Assembly (NCBI RefSeq): GCF_002113885.1
Contig: NW_018408623.1
Coordinates: 1,360,221 to 1,424,220, forward strand
Source of the DNA: Mizuhopecten yessoensis
Lineage: Eukaryota
Direction: 5' to 3'
DNA: 64,000 bases
Shown here: one piece after another, positions 54,040 to 64,000 of the stretch
Position numbering within the stretch: the first letter of the stretch is position 1
Layout: the number at the start of each line of letters is the position of its first letter
Position numbers and translations under genes: made by a program
Notes under the pieces: model-generated
Databases searched by the model: none
The model's input: only the letters and a program-made list of their open reading frames with translations
What the model was told of the DNA's origin: nothing

Positions 54040-54136
54040 GTGGTGCTGGGGAGGGGGACCGGCAGACAAATGTGGTGCTGGGGAGGGGGACCGGCAGACA
54101 AATGTGGTGCTGGGGAGGGGGGACCGGCAGACAAAC
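54040..54136. repeat. 32-bp G-rich tandem repeat x3
   Basis: gtggtgctggggagggggaccggcagacaaat. Confidence 0.92.
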
Positions 54137-56131
54137 GGGGATCAAACATCTGACACAAATCATTGCTTTTCTCCTGATGAAAATCTATCATACATTTCTC
54201 TCATGATGCAAATCTATCGTAAATGTTACACAGGGATAAAAAAAACTCATTTTGTAGACTGAGGATTCCAATAGCTGTATCTATGCTAATGGATAGCACT
54301 TTTACACCTCATAAATTTTTCAGCAATTTTAATTGATTGGTGACATTTTTGTATCACGTACCACACTATACATGTACAGCACTGACGGTAGTGTTATACT
54401 AGTACGGATAGGTATTCTGTTCGTTGAATCGTAGGTATAGATTTTGTTATAACAATTGAAGTGAGGTATTGATTTAGATTGGGCTGAATTGGCTGGGCCC
54501 AGCTGTCACTGGATTAACAGGAGCTGGTGGGTACCTTGCACGTTTCATAGTTTGATGATAACGGGCATTTTACAGATGTTTATCTACACAACCCGTTAAC
54601 ATGCCTTTAAACCTTTACACAGGTGACAGACAGTCCTCACTGAAGCTAGATATAGCAGACATTTATATTCTGTAAAAAAAATCCCTGCCGATAAAACTAT
54701 AAGAAAAGTGTACTGATGACAGTGGTGGACACTACCCCCAGTGTCAGCCTCGCCGCACTTACCTTAGAGAGGAAAGAATAGCTAGTGCACGTAATCCCAT
54801 TTTGGTTTTTTTTTTTTCCACTATGACTTTTCCTATGTGTGTGTAAAACTGGATTTGTACAGGGCTGATGTAACAGCAGGTTCAGGCTGCACTGATTGGA
54901 AACTTTGCGGTGTTGTTGTCTGGTCGTAACACACTCCTAAGATAATCCAGGAAATCGTAGGATATCTCTTGTTTAATTCCCATACAAAGCACACGACTAG
55001 AGCTCCGAGGATAATAATTCCAATTACAAGATGAAAATGGTTGCAGTAGAGGGAATCTGTATGTAGATGGTCCTACACTGGTGCACACCTAGGTAAGTAG
55101 AGCCGTGAGAGAGAGCTAGCTCACCACTACACAGGCCTAGCAGCTACACTCCAGCCCAGTATTGAACACTGATATGGGGTAGTATCACAGTCAAGGTGGG
55201 GACAACAGTCCCCTCCAAAGCTATTACCTCCCCAGGGCTCCTCATTAAAAGTTTGACCACTGGTCAGCCAACTCTGACCACACAAGAGCAGGTACTTTCA
55301 CTTTAGGTTATACACCTGGTGTGTTTACCTATATCAACTCCGTTCAGACAGGTAAGTGGAGCCCAGGTGATCGTGTGTATTCACATTGGTGGTATGTATA
55401 ATTCTTCCCATTGTAGTGAGAAACCAGTGTGTTCAGGTTCTAATCAATATTTGCTGTATTTTTATTTCACAAAGAGTTATATACATCATCAATTTTAAAT
55501 CAGCAGACTTGTTTTATTCGTACTCTGGTTTTACCATCATTAATTTTCCAACATCATTGCAATTTTCTCACATCATGATTAAAATGCCTGGATTCTTTAT
55601 TCCTTGGCAATCAGGTTCATGATTGCATGTGTACTCAACTACATGGACTGAAAGGTTGTTTTTTTAAATTATGGGTACGTTAAAAGATTAGGTAATGACA
55701 ATGCAATTTTGTTCAGTTTTTGCCAATTAGGTGAGGATTGTAGCGGTACATGTAATTGATAGAGCTGAGGGTGAGGTGTAACTTTGGGTGATACTTTCTG
55801 CACCTTGTTAAGTGTTTGACACAGAAGTGGTTGTAAGGGTAATTGAATTCAACAGTGATGGTGTGTTGATCAATATCAGTGGTACATGAGTAAGGAATGA
55901 GGCAACTCCTCCCAAAATATAGGGTTTGACATCTTTACTCAAGCACCAAGCTCCACCTCCAAAAATATCATGACCCACAACTAAACCCAGGCACCACATC
56001 TCAGCTCAAACAATATAGGGACTGACAGCTATACCCAAGCACCACATCTCTGCTCACACAATATAGGGGCCAACAGCTATACCCAGGCACCACATCTCTG
56101 CTCACACAATGTAGGAGATGACAACTATACC

Positions 56132-57115
56132 TAGGAGTGAAACGATTCACCGCGATTATGGTGAACCGCGATTACTTGCTCCCGATTCGATTCTCGATTC
56201 ACAACTCTGATATTTCGATTCGATTCTTACAAATTCGGTCCGTGTTTGACTTTACATTTAGACGCACTCCTAGTCCTGTTAAAACGCAGATTTTGATTGG
56301 CCAACACACTTTGCGTAGGCCAATCAAATTGCGCGTTGCTGTTACTGCAAACTACTGCAAACATGGAGTACGAGTTAGCCGACCCGCCCGCATCATATAA
56401 ATCTCCCGTGTGGAAACACTTTGGGTTTCCAATCGTCGACGGAAAAACGGAAAAAAATGTCACTATTTGCAAGATATGTTATTTAAAGATGTCATACAAA
56501 GCTGGCTCGACGACAGCAATGAACGCACATCTAAAACGTAAACACAATGTGGACTGTGATAAAGCTGCTTCGGTCAGTTCGGAGTCTTCCGCTAACAACG
56601 ATCGTCGGTCTGAACAAAAACCAGAACATGTTGATATGCTCATTTTCCTAGCAAAAAACTTTGTAGTTTAAATGCATATGTGTTTACTCTTTATTGCTTT
56701 AAGTGAAGTTATCACATTATAGTAATTCCAGTTGAACTTTCAAGAATTGTTCAAGAACTTGTGAATATTGATTCATTTCTAGTCAAGGATCTATCTGGTC
56801 AAAAGATTATGTGTGTTAAGTTTTTGTGATACATTTCTTTCAATATGTCAGAAGTAGACAAAGACTTAATTGTTTACAGTGCTCTGATGCATGACTGCAA
56901 TGTTTATATGATTTTGCAATAAACTTGCAACTTGTAAAAGTAATTTTACCTATTTACAAAGTGGTTTTTTTCTGACTTCTCATCTAAATTAGTAAATATG
57001 TTTGAAAAATCATGTATTTCTTGGATGCTAATAATCGAATCGAAATTAATCGAATCGGAAGTCACAAATCGAGATTCGAATCGAATCGAGATATACCCGA
57101 ATCGTTGCATCCATA
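56132..57115 (+). mobile_element. 984-bp hAT (Ac/ZBED1-like) internal-deletion derivative
   Basis: 8-bp TSD ACTATACC (56124-56131, 57116-57123); 17-bp imperfect TIR TAGGAGTGAAACGATTC / GAATCGTTGCATCCATA; subterminal CGATT/AATCG repeats at both ends; zf-BED ORF. Confidence 0.95.
56363..56671 (+). CDS. Truncated hAT transposase N-terminus: BED zinc finger only, 102 aa
   Basis: KSPVWKHFGF...CKIC...Y...STTAMNAHLKRKH matches the zf-BED pattern (W..F, CxxC, HxxxxH); ATG in context AAACATGG; catalytic DDE and dimerisation domains absent. Confidence 0.8.
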   Translation: MEYELADPPASYKSPVWKHFGFPIVDGKTEKNVTICKICYLKMSYKAGSTTAMNAHLKRKHNVDCDKAASVSSESSANNDRRSEQKPEHVDMLIFLAKNFVV

Positions 57116-60100
57116 ACTATACCCAGGCACCACATCTCTGCTCACACAATATAGGGACTGACAGCTATACCCAGGTACCATATCTCTGCTCACACAATAA
57201 AGGGGGCCAACAGCTATACACAGGCACCACATCTCTGCTCACACAATGTAGGAGATGATAACTATACCCAGGCACCACATCTCTGCTCACACAATATAGG
57301 GACTGACAGCTATACCCAGGTACCATATCTCTGCTCACACAATAAAGGGGGCCAACAGCTATACACAGGCACCACATCTCTGCTCACACAATGTAGGAGA
57401 TGACAACTATACCCAGGCACCACATCTCTGCTCACACAATATAGGGACTGACATCTATACCCAGGTACCATATCTCTGCTCACACAATAAAGGGGGCCAA
57501 CAGCTATACCCAGGCACCACATCTCTGCTCACACAATGTAGTAGTTGACAGCTATACCCAGGCACCACATCTCTGCTCACACAATAAAGGGGCCAACAGC
57601 TATCCCCAGGCACCACATCTCTGCTCAAACAATATAGGGGCCATCAGCTATACCCAGGCACCACATCTCTGCTCACGCAATAAAGGGGCCAACAGCTATA
57701 CCCAGGCACCACATCTCTGCTCACACAATATAGGGACACACAGCTATACCCAGGCACAACATCTCTGCTCACACAATATAGGGACCCACAGCTATACCTA
57801 GGCACCACATTGCTGCTCAAACAATATAGGGACCCAAAGCTACACCCAGGCACCACATCTCAGCTCAAACAATATAGGGACTGACAGCTATACCCAGGCA
57901 CCACATCTCTGCTCAAACAATATAGGGACCCACAGCTATACCCAGGCACCACAACTCTGCTCACACAATATAGGGGCCAACAGCTATACCCAGGCACCAC
58001 ATCTCTGCTCACACAATATAAGGGCCAACAGCTATACCCAGGCACCACATTTCTGCTCATATAATATAGGGACTGACAGCTATACCCAGGTACCATATCT
58101 CTGCTCACACAATGTAGGGGCCAACAGCTATACCCAGGTACCACATCTCTGCTCACACAATATAGGAACTGACAGCTATAGTCAGGTACCATATCTCGGC
58201 TCACACAATGTATGAGATGACAGCTATACCCAGGCACCACATCTCTGCTTCCACAATATAGGGGCCAACAGCTATACGCAGGCACCACATCTCTGCTCAC
58301 ACAACATAGGGACCCACAGCTATACCCAGGCACCACATCGCTGCTCAAACAATATAGGGAATGACAGCTATACCCAGGCACCACATCTCTGCTCTCAAAC
58401 AATATAGGGACTGACAGCTATACCCAGGCACCACATCTCTGCTCACACAATGTAGGAGATGACAGCTATACCCAGGCACCACATCTCTGCTCACACAACA
58501 TAGGGACTGACAGCTATACCCTGGCACCAAACTCCTAACACAATAAAGGGGCCAACAGCTATACCCATGCACCAAACTCCTCCTAACACAACATAGGGAC
58601 TGACAGCTATACCCAGGCACCAAACTCCTCCTAACACAATATAGGGGCCAACAGCTATACCCAGGCACCAAACTCCTCTTAACACAATATAGGGGCCAAC
58701 AGCTAGACCCAGGCACCACATCTCTGCTCACACAATAAAGGGGCCAACAGCTATACCCAGGCACCAAACTCCTCCTAACACAATATAGGGACTGACAGCT
58801 ATACCAAGGCACCACATCTCTGCTCACACAATAAAGGGGCCAACAGCTATACCCAGGCACAAAACTCCTCTTAACACAATATAGGGGCCGACAGCTATAC
58901 CTGGGCACCTTACCCCACCTCACAAAGGGGCCGACATGTGTACAGCTATACCCGGACATTACACCTCTGCTCACACAATATAGGGGCTAACAGCTATACC
59001 CAGACACCAAAACCTTCCTCCCATTGCCACCTTTCACATTTCAGGGGCAGATACTTCAAAGGAGAAGGGGAGATTTTTTACAATACTAAGGTTATGAAAT
59101 ATTATTTTATTTGACCCAGGATAAGTGTTCTTGTATAAAACTGCTTTTATTGGGGGGGGGGGGGGGGGGGAATGGACTTTTACTTCCCTATTGCAATAGA
59201 TATGACATTGTATATATTTTCAGTTTATTATTCTGTGTTGCCAGCACGCCTATCTGACATTATGTGTGGCTTGAAAATTCAATTGTAATATTGTTAATTG
59301 TATGACCGTAGAAGAAAGTGTGATTTTTTGTGTTTAACAGAGTGGAGATAGGGACAGTTTTGTAACTGATTACTCGACATGTTCCTGTTGGTTAACCTCT
59401 CCCGTGGAAATAACAGTGATGTGTTTTGAAAAGTGTTCTTACACTCTGGAGTAATTGTATTATTCCAAAATTATAGGAACATAGCTGTTGTTTATTGGCC
59501 AGTCACTTCTAAAACAACAAAAAATAGCGGCATATATTGGCGCTCCCCTGAGAAAACCGTCTTGTGAACATAAACCTTACGTAATTTGTGGTAAGACAGG
59601 AGTACAATTACATGTTTATGATCCAACATGTAAATTAATGATGGGAGGTAACAGCTGGCTGCGACTTGGAACCTTCAGCGTAGGTTACCAGCGTACCTGT
59701 ACTTTAACAGAACTACGATAGATACAACATTGTCAATCTACTGATCTACCTGTTCTGTAACGTGGAATTTTAGAAGCTATTTGTAATTCAAATGTTAGTC
59801 GATTAAAACTGGCCTGTTACTACTTTCCAAACTGTGGAGATGTCTCCTTAGTCCTCATTAAGGCAATTAATTATGCGTGTTATGTTAATTAATGCTGTGA
59901 GGCACAGCAGTGTATCTGTACATGACCTTGTGTCCTGTCCTTGTAATTAATTATGGGAAATTCATGACTTGGAATGGTAGACACAATCATATGTATCTTC
60001 AACTAAAAAAAAAAATCTATGTCTTATTTATTTACTTATATTATTATATACCAGGAAATGTTTGCAGCATAATAGCATGAATCTTTCAACAACCTTGTAA

Positions 60101-61929
60101 AAGACAAATTAGTTACTATGTGATCCATTGGTAAGCGGCTTGTAAAATTTCCATTTTGAAGAATGGATTTACTGGTGATTTTACTGAAGAGTAACCATTA
60201 AGCTGGATGTATAAAATATTTTAATAAAGGGCAATAGTGATTTCCTTTTTTATTTGTGGCACTAGCAGCACATCTATAGATATGTAGAGGGCATGACAAG
60301 GTTTCCTTGACCTGGTAAGGTGATAAAGCTGTTGTGATTGGACGAATATTTTACACTTGGGCTCAGATTGGACCACTTGCGGCTGATGTGATTTTATGTG
60401 GTGCCTCATACAGGCTTCTGTAGCTTAGTGGCCCAAGTACTCCGGAACAATGACCACACAATGCTAGAGTGGTCTAGACCCTAAACCCTGAAAGCACCTG
60501 AACATTCAACTTTAAAATATTTGACTTTATATACAATCATCAACTTACAATGACAGTTAATATGAAAAAAATAATAATATTCTGATTAAAAAAACATAGT
60601 TTTTTTTATTCGGTCCGTTATTATTTTGATATACCTAATTGAGGTCTACTGACCCATTACAGGGCTTGGCTGGTTTGTCTTCCTATAACCTAAGTTCATG
60701 CATCTTTATCATACAAACTTTGCCAGTTTGTCTTCTTACAAGCTAATCTGATGCATCTTTGTCATATGACCTTGGCCATTGCGAGGACTGAAAACCCTTT
60801 ACAAATGTTCAGTCACCAATCACTAAACCAGCTTTTGGTCAACTCCATTCTCTTCTTGTGCTGCCAAACACTCCATTGACATTACATTCTTTGAACGATT
60901 TACGTCTATTTCAACCTTATAAACCTTATTGGTATATATATATCTGTGGTGTTTTAATTAAGATTTGTTCCCCAAATCAACCTAATGGGTAAAATGAGAT
61001 GAACAAGCTACCAAGTCTAGTACCATTGGCGTGAGTGCCAGGGTAGATGTGACGTATTTAATGGTCCAGTGTTATCATTAGATGGTAAAATGGTTCTGCA
61101 GTAAAGAACATGTCTTGGCTCAATCTTTTCAACCCCCATCCTAAAATGTTTGCTTTTGGCCAATTATAAATCTCATTTTTGGCAAGACTGCTTCCGACGT
61201 AATATTGGCCCATTGTTATTATAAGAGTTTAGAATCTGTTCTTGTTTGTAGAAATTTATCAATGCCACATGTTGGAAAACAAATCGCATTAATCACAATT
61301 TAAGTGTATGTTAGATTTTTTGTTCCTGTATATACCTTGGTATACCTTGAGGAAGTGATGCTGTGGAATGGGACTGCAGGGTAGCAGAAGAGGATTCTGT
61401 GTAACAGGAGTTTTCTATGGGTTGGAGATGGTTCTATTATGTATTATTTTTTTCCCGAAAGTCATAGATTACGTTATTTTCACATGTAAACATGTGTTGT
61501 ACAGATCACCTACCACTATTTCACAGTGTTTCTAATTGATCTAAATGGTGTCATAATGTTTTACACTCAAACACACACCCTTTGTACCCAGTAGTATCCT
61601 GCTGGAAAAAAATGTTTCTTTGCAGTAAATAAATTTAAGAAGAATTGTTTTTGACATAATATCTGGTCATGAAAATTTCAGCAATTGATGGTCATACTTT
61701 CCACTATATGTTGTAGGGATGCTTTAAGCCTACTATTCATGCTCTTCACACCCTGGTTGCTTCACTTGCTATTCAAGTCTCATGTCATCTTAACCAGGTT
61801 TTGGTGGAGTTGGAACGCAGAGAAATTAAGTAGAATCTTATTGTACAGGAAAGAACATGTTCATGTGAATATGTGGATCTGAAGGTCTTCACCACAATAA
61901 TGTGTCTCGTTCTAATTGATCATCTTCAA

Positions 61930-62475
61930 GCATTGGGTGTGCTTAGGACTGGAATGGCATCAGAAGCTGTTAGATGATGTTTCCGTGTTCATTGGAACAC
62001 TTACTTCAGGAGAAATGTTATTGACAGTTTGTGATAACTTCTATGTTCAGTTCTCCTTTGTGATATCATGTCTGTGTCATCAGGCCAGTGCATGCACAGA
62101 ATCATTTACAAACAGCAAGTCTGACCTTCCAAACATCGCATACAACCATTTGGCATTGAATACAATACCCAACATCCAGATATTTGATGTCATAGTCTTT
62201 CAGTCCCAGTGACATTGTATCATATTACAACATGACAATGTCCAACCATATTATTTGTAATGATGGACAACATCTACTGCCATGCAGTCCAGGACAGTTG
62301 CTACACCCAAACTGCTTGCCATAGAACAAGCTTAGGACAAGATTGAGGAATAAACTCGTCTGGGATGATATTGACAGACATGGCAACATCACAAGCGCAT
62401 ACTTTTCAAGAATTCTGGTCCTTCGAGCAAGAGAATTTGAAAATAAGATTGAGGCAGGTGAAACAAACAGGTACA
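61930..62475 (+). pseudogene. Highly decayed Tc1-like DDE transposase relic
   Basis: Collinear motif remnants across frames: WHQKLLDDVSVF (~W..VLFSDESRF), LQHDNVQPY (~FQQDNARPH, 62225), LLPCSP, AIEQA*D (~PIEHxWD), WDDI, EAGETNRY (~AxGGHTRY). Confidence 0.5.
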
Positions 62476-63467
62476 TTTTACTAAATGAGCCTTTGTAACA
62501 TGATAGTCTTTTAATAGAAACAGAGGTTCTTTGCCTGTCCATTGTATCAAAAAGAGTATGCTGGAATATAGAAATATTCAATAAAAATATACTGCACAAC
62601 AGTCCATCGGCCTAGTAGACAAATTTTCAATTGACTTGGGCCATCAGACCTGAGATTGTTCTTACCCTGGATGGATGAACATGTCTGGGACAAAATTGAA
62701 GGAATTGATATGTGTGGTCATGATTGAGCGATGCTTACATTATCTTCATAATCATCATGAGTCGACGAAGTTGAGACCAGTCTGAATCTAAATATGTACA
62801 CGTTTAATAACACCAGTTTATCTAAAATAAACATAATGGCAAAAAAAATGTAATTTATATAATACCGAGGTTTAAGTGACGCACAGGTTTTTTTCCTTAG
62901 TGAAAATTGCGAAATAAAATTTCACAATTTACAATGAAATGTTCTTTCCTTAAAGTGTTTCCAGGTATTTGAATGTCAAAGATGAAGTCCTTGAAGATAA
63001 ACTGCACTATAGATAGCTATGTATTTATAAGTATTTATAGTCTGACAATGACGTAGGTTTCCATTTACTAAACAAAAAAACGTACAAATGATTAATAAAA
63101 TTTATACCGAAAAGATCCCTCACAATACTCTTCAAATGAAACACATGCCAAAGTTATGCATGCTGAATTTAAAATATAATCTTAACTTTTTTTAAATATT
63201 TGTTTATAGATGTTTGCCAGCAAATCGCAGGTTCAGTAAAAGAGTTAAATATAGAGCGTGCAATAAACGTCTGAATGTACCTCTTTTTTGTCTAGTTTCA
63301 CAAAAGCTTTCAAGAACATGGCTGACCTTGACATTGTTTTATGAAGGTCATGAAAGTGGTATTCTACAAACTGTATAGTGGTGATATACTTGCATTCATC
63401 AAATTTCTCCCTGACAAAATGGTGGAACTGATAGATGGTAAAACAGGTGAACATACTAAAATTACCG

Positions 63468-63686
63468 ATGTCGCCTCCCCTATCCCTTTATTTTACTTAT
63501 ATGTACAGTAGGGGATGTTGAAATTTCAAATATCGCCTCCCCTATCCCTATACATTACTTATATGTACAGTCGGGGATGTTGAAATTACAGATTTATATG
63601 TACAGTAGTGGATGTTGAAATTACAGATTTATATGTACAGTAGGGGATGTTGAAATTACAGATATCGCCTCCCCTATCCCTTTATT
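63468..63686. repeat. Irregular ~63/35-bp tandem repeat
   Basis: tcgcctcccctatccct x3 and tatatgtacagtaggggatgttgaaatt x4. Confidence 0.85.
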
Positions 63687-64000
63687 AGTCCCCCACTGGT
63701 GAAACCGGGGGGACTCTAGTTTTCCCCTCCGTCTGTCCGTCCGTCCGTCTGTCTGTCTGTCCGTCCGTCTGTCCGTCTGTCCGAAGAGGTTTGTCAGCAC
63801 TCTAGAGCCTTCATTCTTTGATGGATTTTAATCAAACTTTACACACATGTAAAGAATTAAAATATCTTCAACAAGTTCGAGTTTCAAGGTCATCGGATCA
63901 AGGTCAAGGTCATTATTACTATAAATAGAAAAACTTTGTCAGCACTCTAGCGTCTTCATTCTTTCTTGGTTTTTAATCAAACTTCACACAGTCATAAAGA
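63683..64000 (+). mobile_element. Helentron-associated non-autonomous element (HINE / DINE-1 / pearl-like), 5' part, truncated by window end
   Basis: T-rich insertion site, 5' inverted repeat AGTCCCCC...GGGGGACT, (GTCC/GTCT)n microsatellite 63729-63783, then central tandem repeats of about 145 bp (tttgtcagcactctag at 63790 and 63935) containing aaggtcaaggtca. Confidence 0.9.

Larger units (their letters stand above)
55985..59030. repeat. 48-bp minisatellite, about 43 copies, interrupted by a hAT element
   Basis: Unit cagctatacccaggcaccacatctctgctcacacaatatagggactga; resumes in register after 57115. Confidence 0.97.

Noticed and set aside
54863-55098. Exon bounded by tttgtacAG and TAG|GTAAGT (another donor-like CAG|GTAAGT at ~55351)
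   Set aside because: Weak polypyrimidine tract and stops in the frames examined; cannot be supported without RNA data
57165-58974. Cys-rich repeat ORFs on the minus strand (also those at 35447-35969, 38917-39477, 50739-51096 and 52667-53184)
   Set aside because: All coincide with minisatellites and are broken by frameshifting unit variants
1778-59030. Regular 27-61-bp repeats as CRISPR arrays
   Set aside because: Units are head-to-tail with no unique spacers, there is no leader or cas gene, and the context is eukaryotic

Overview
AT-rich, CpG-depleted animal genomic DNA, not prokaryotic. The repeat families present (V- and CORE-type tRNA SINEs, a Helentron-associated HINE/pearl-like element, TTAA- and TA-flanked MITEs, very dense minisatellites) suggest a bivalve mollusc, possibly a scallop; this is inference. 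No complete host protein-coding gene is visible. The window looks like one very large intron or 5' region of a + strand gene, with one convincing 41-bp micro-exon (13488-13528) and a possible alternative first exon ending at a strong donor (40889) in a locally CpG-richer patch. By my rough sum, 25-30% of the window is unrelated minisatellite arrays (22-89 bp units), and these explain almost all long ORFs in the track. The only clearly recognisable protein domain is a BED zinc finger in a 984-bp hAT deletion derivative (56132-57115, 8-bp TSD) inserted into a minisatellite; a decayed Tc1-like transposase trace lies near 62 kb. The most unusual object is a 712-bp CpG-rich insertion (6079-6790) with an exact 10-bp TSD and atypical TACTCC...GGAGTA ends, whose empty site is preserved in the adjacent tandem duplicate. 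I found no CRISPR array, rRNA, intact tRNA or multi-gene novel system; the findings mainly concern transposon and tandem-repeat mechanics.
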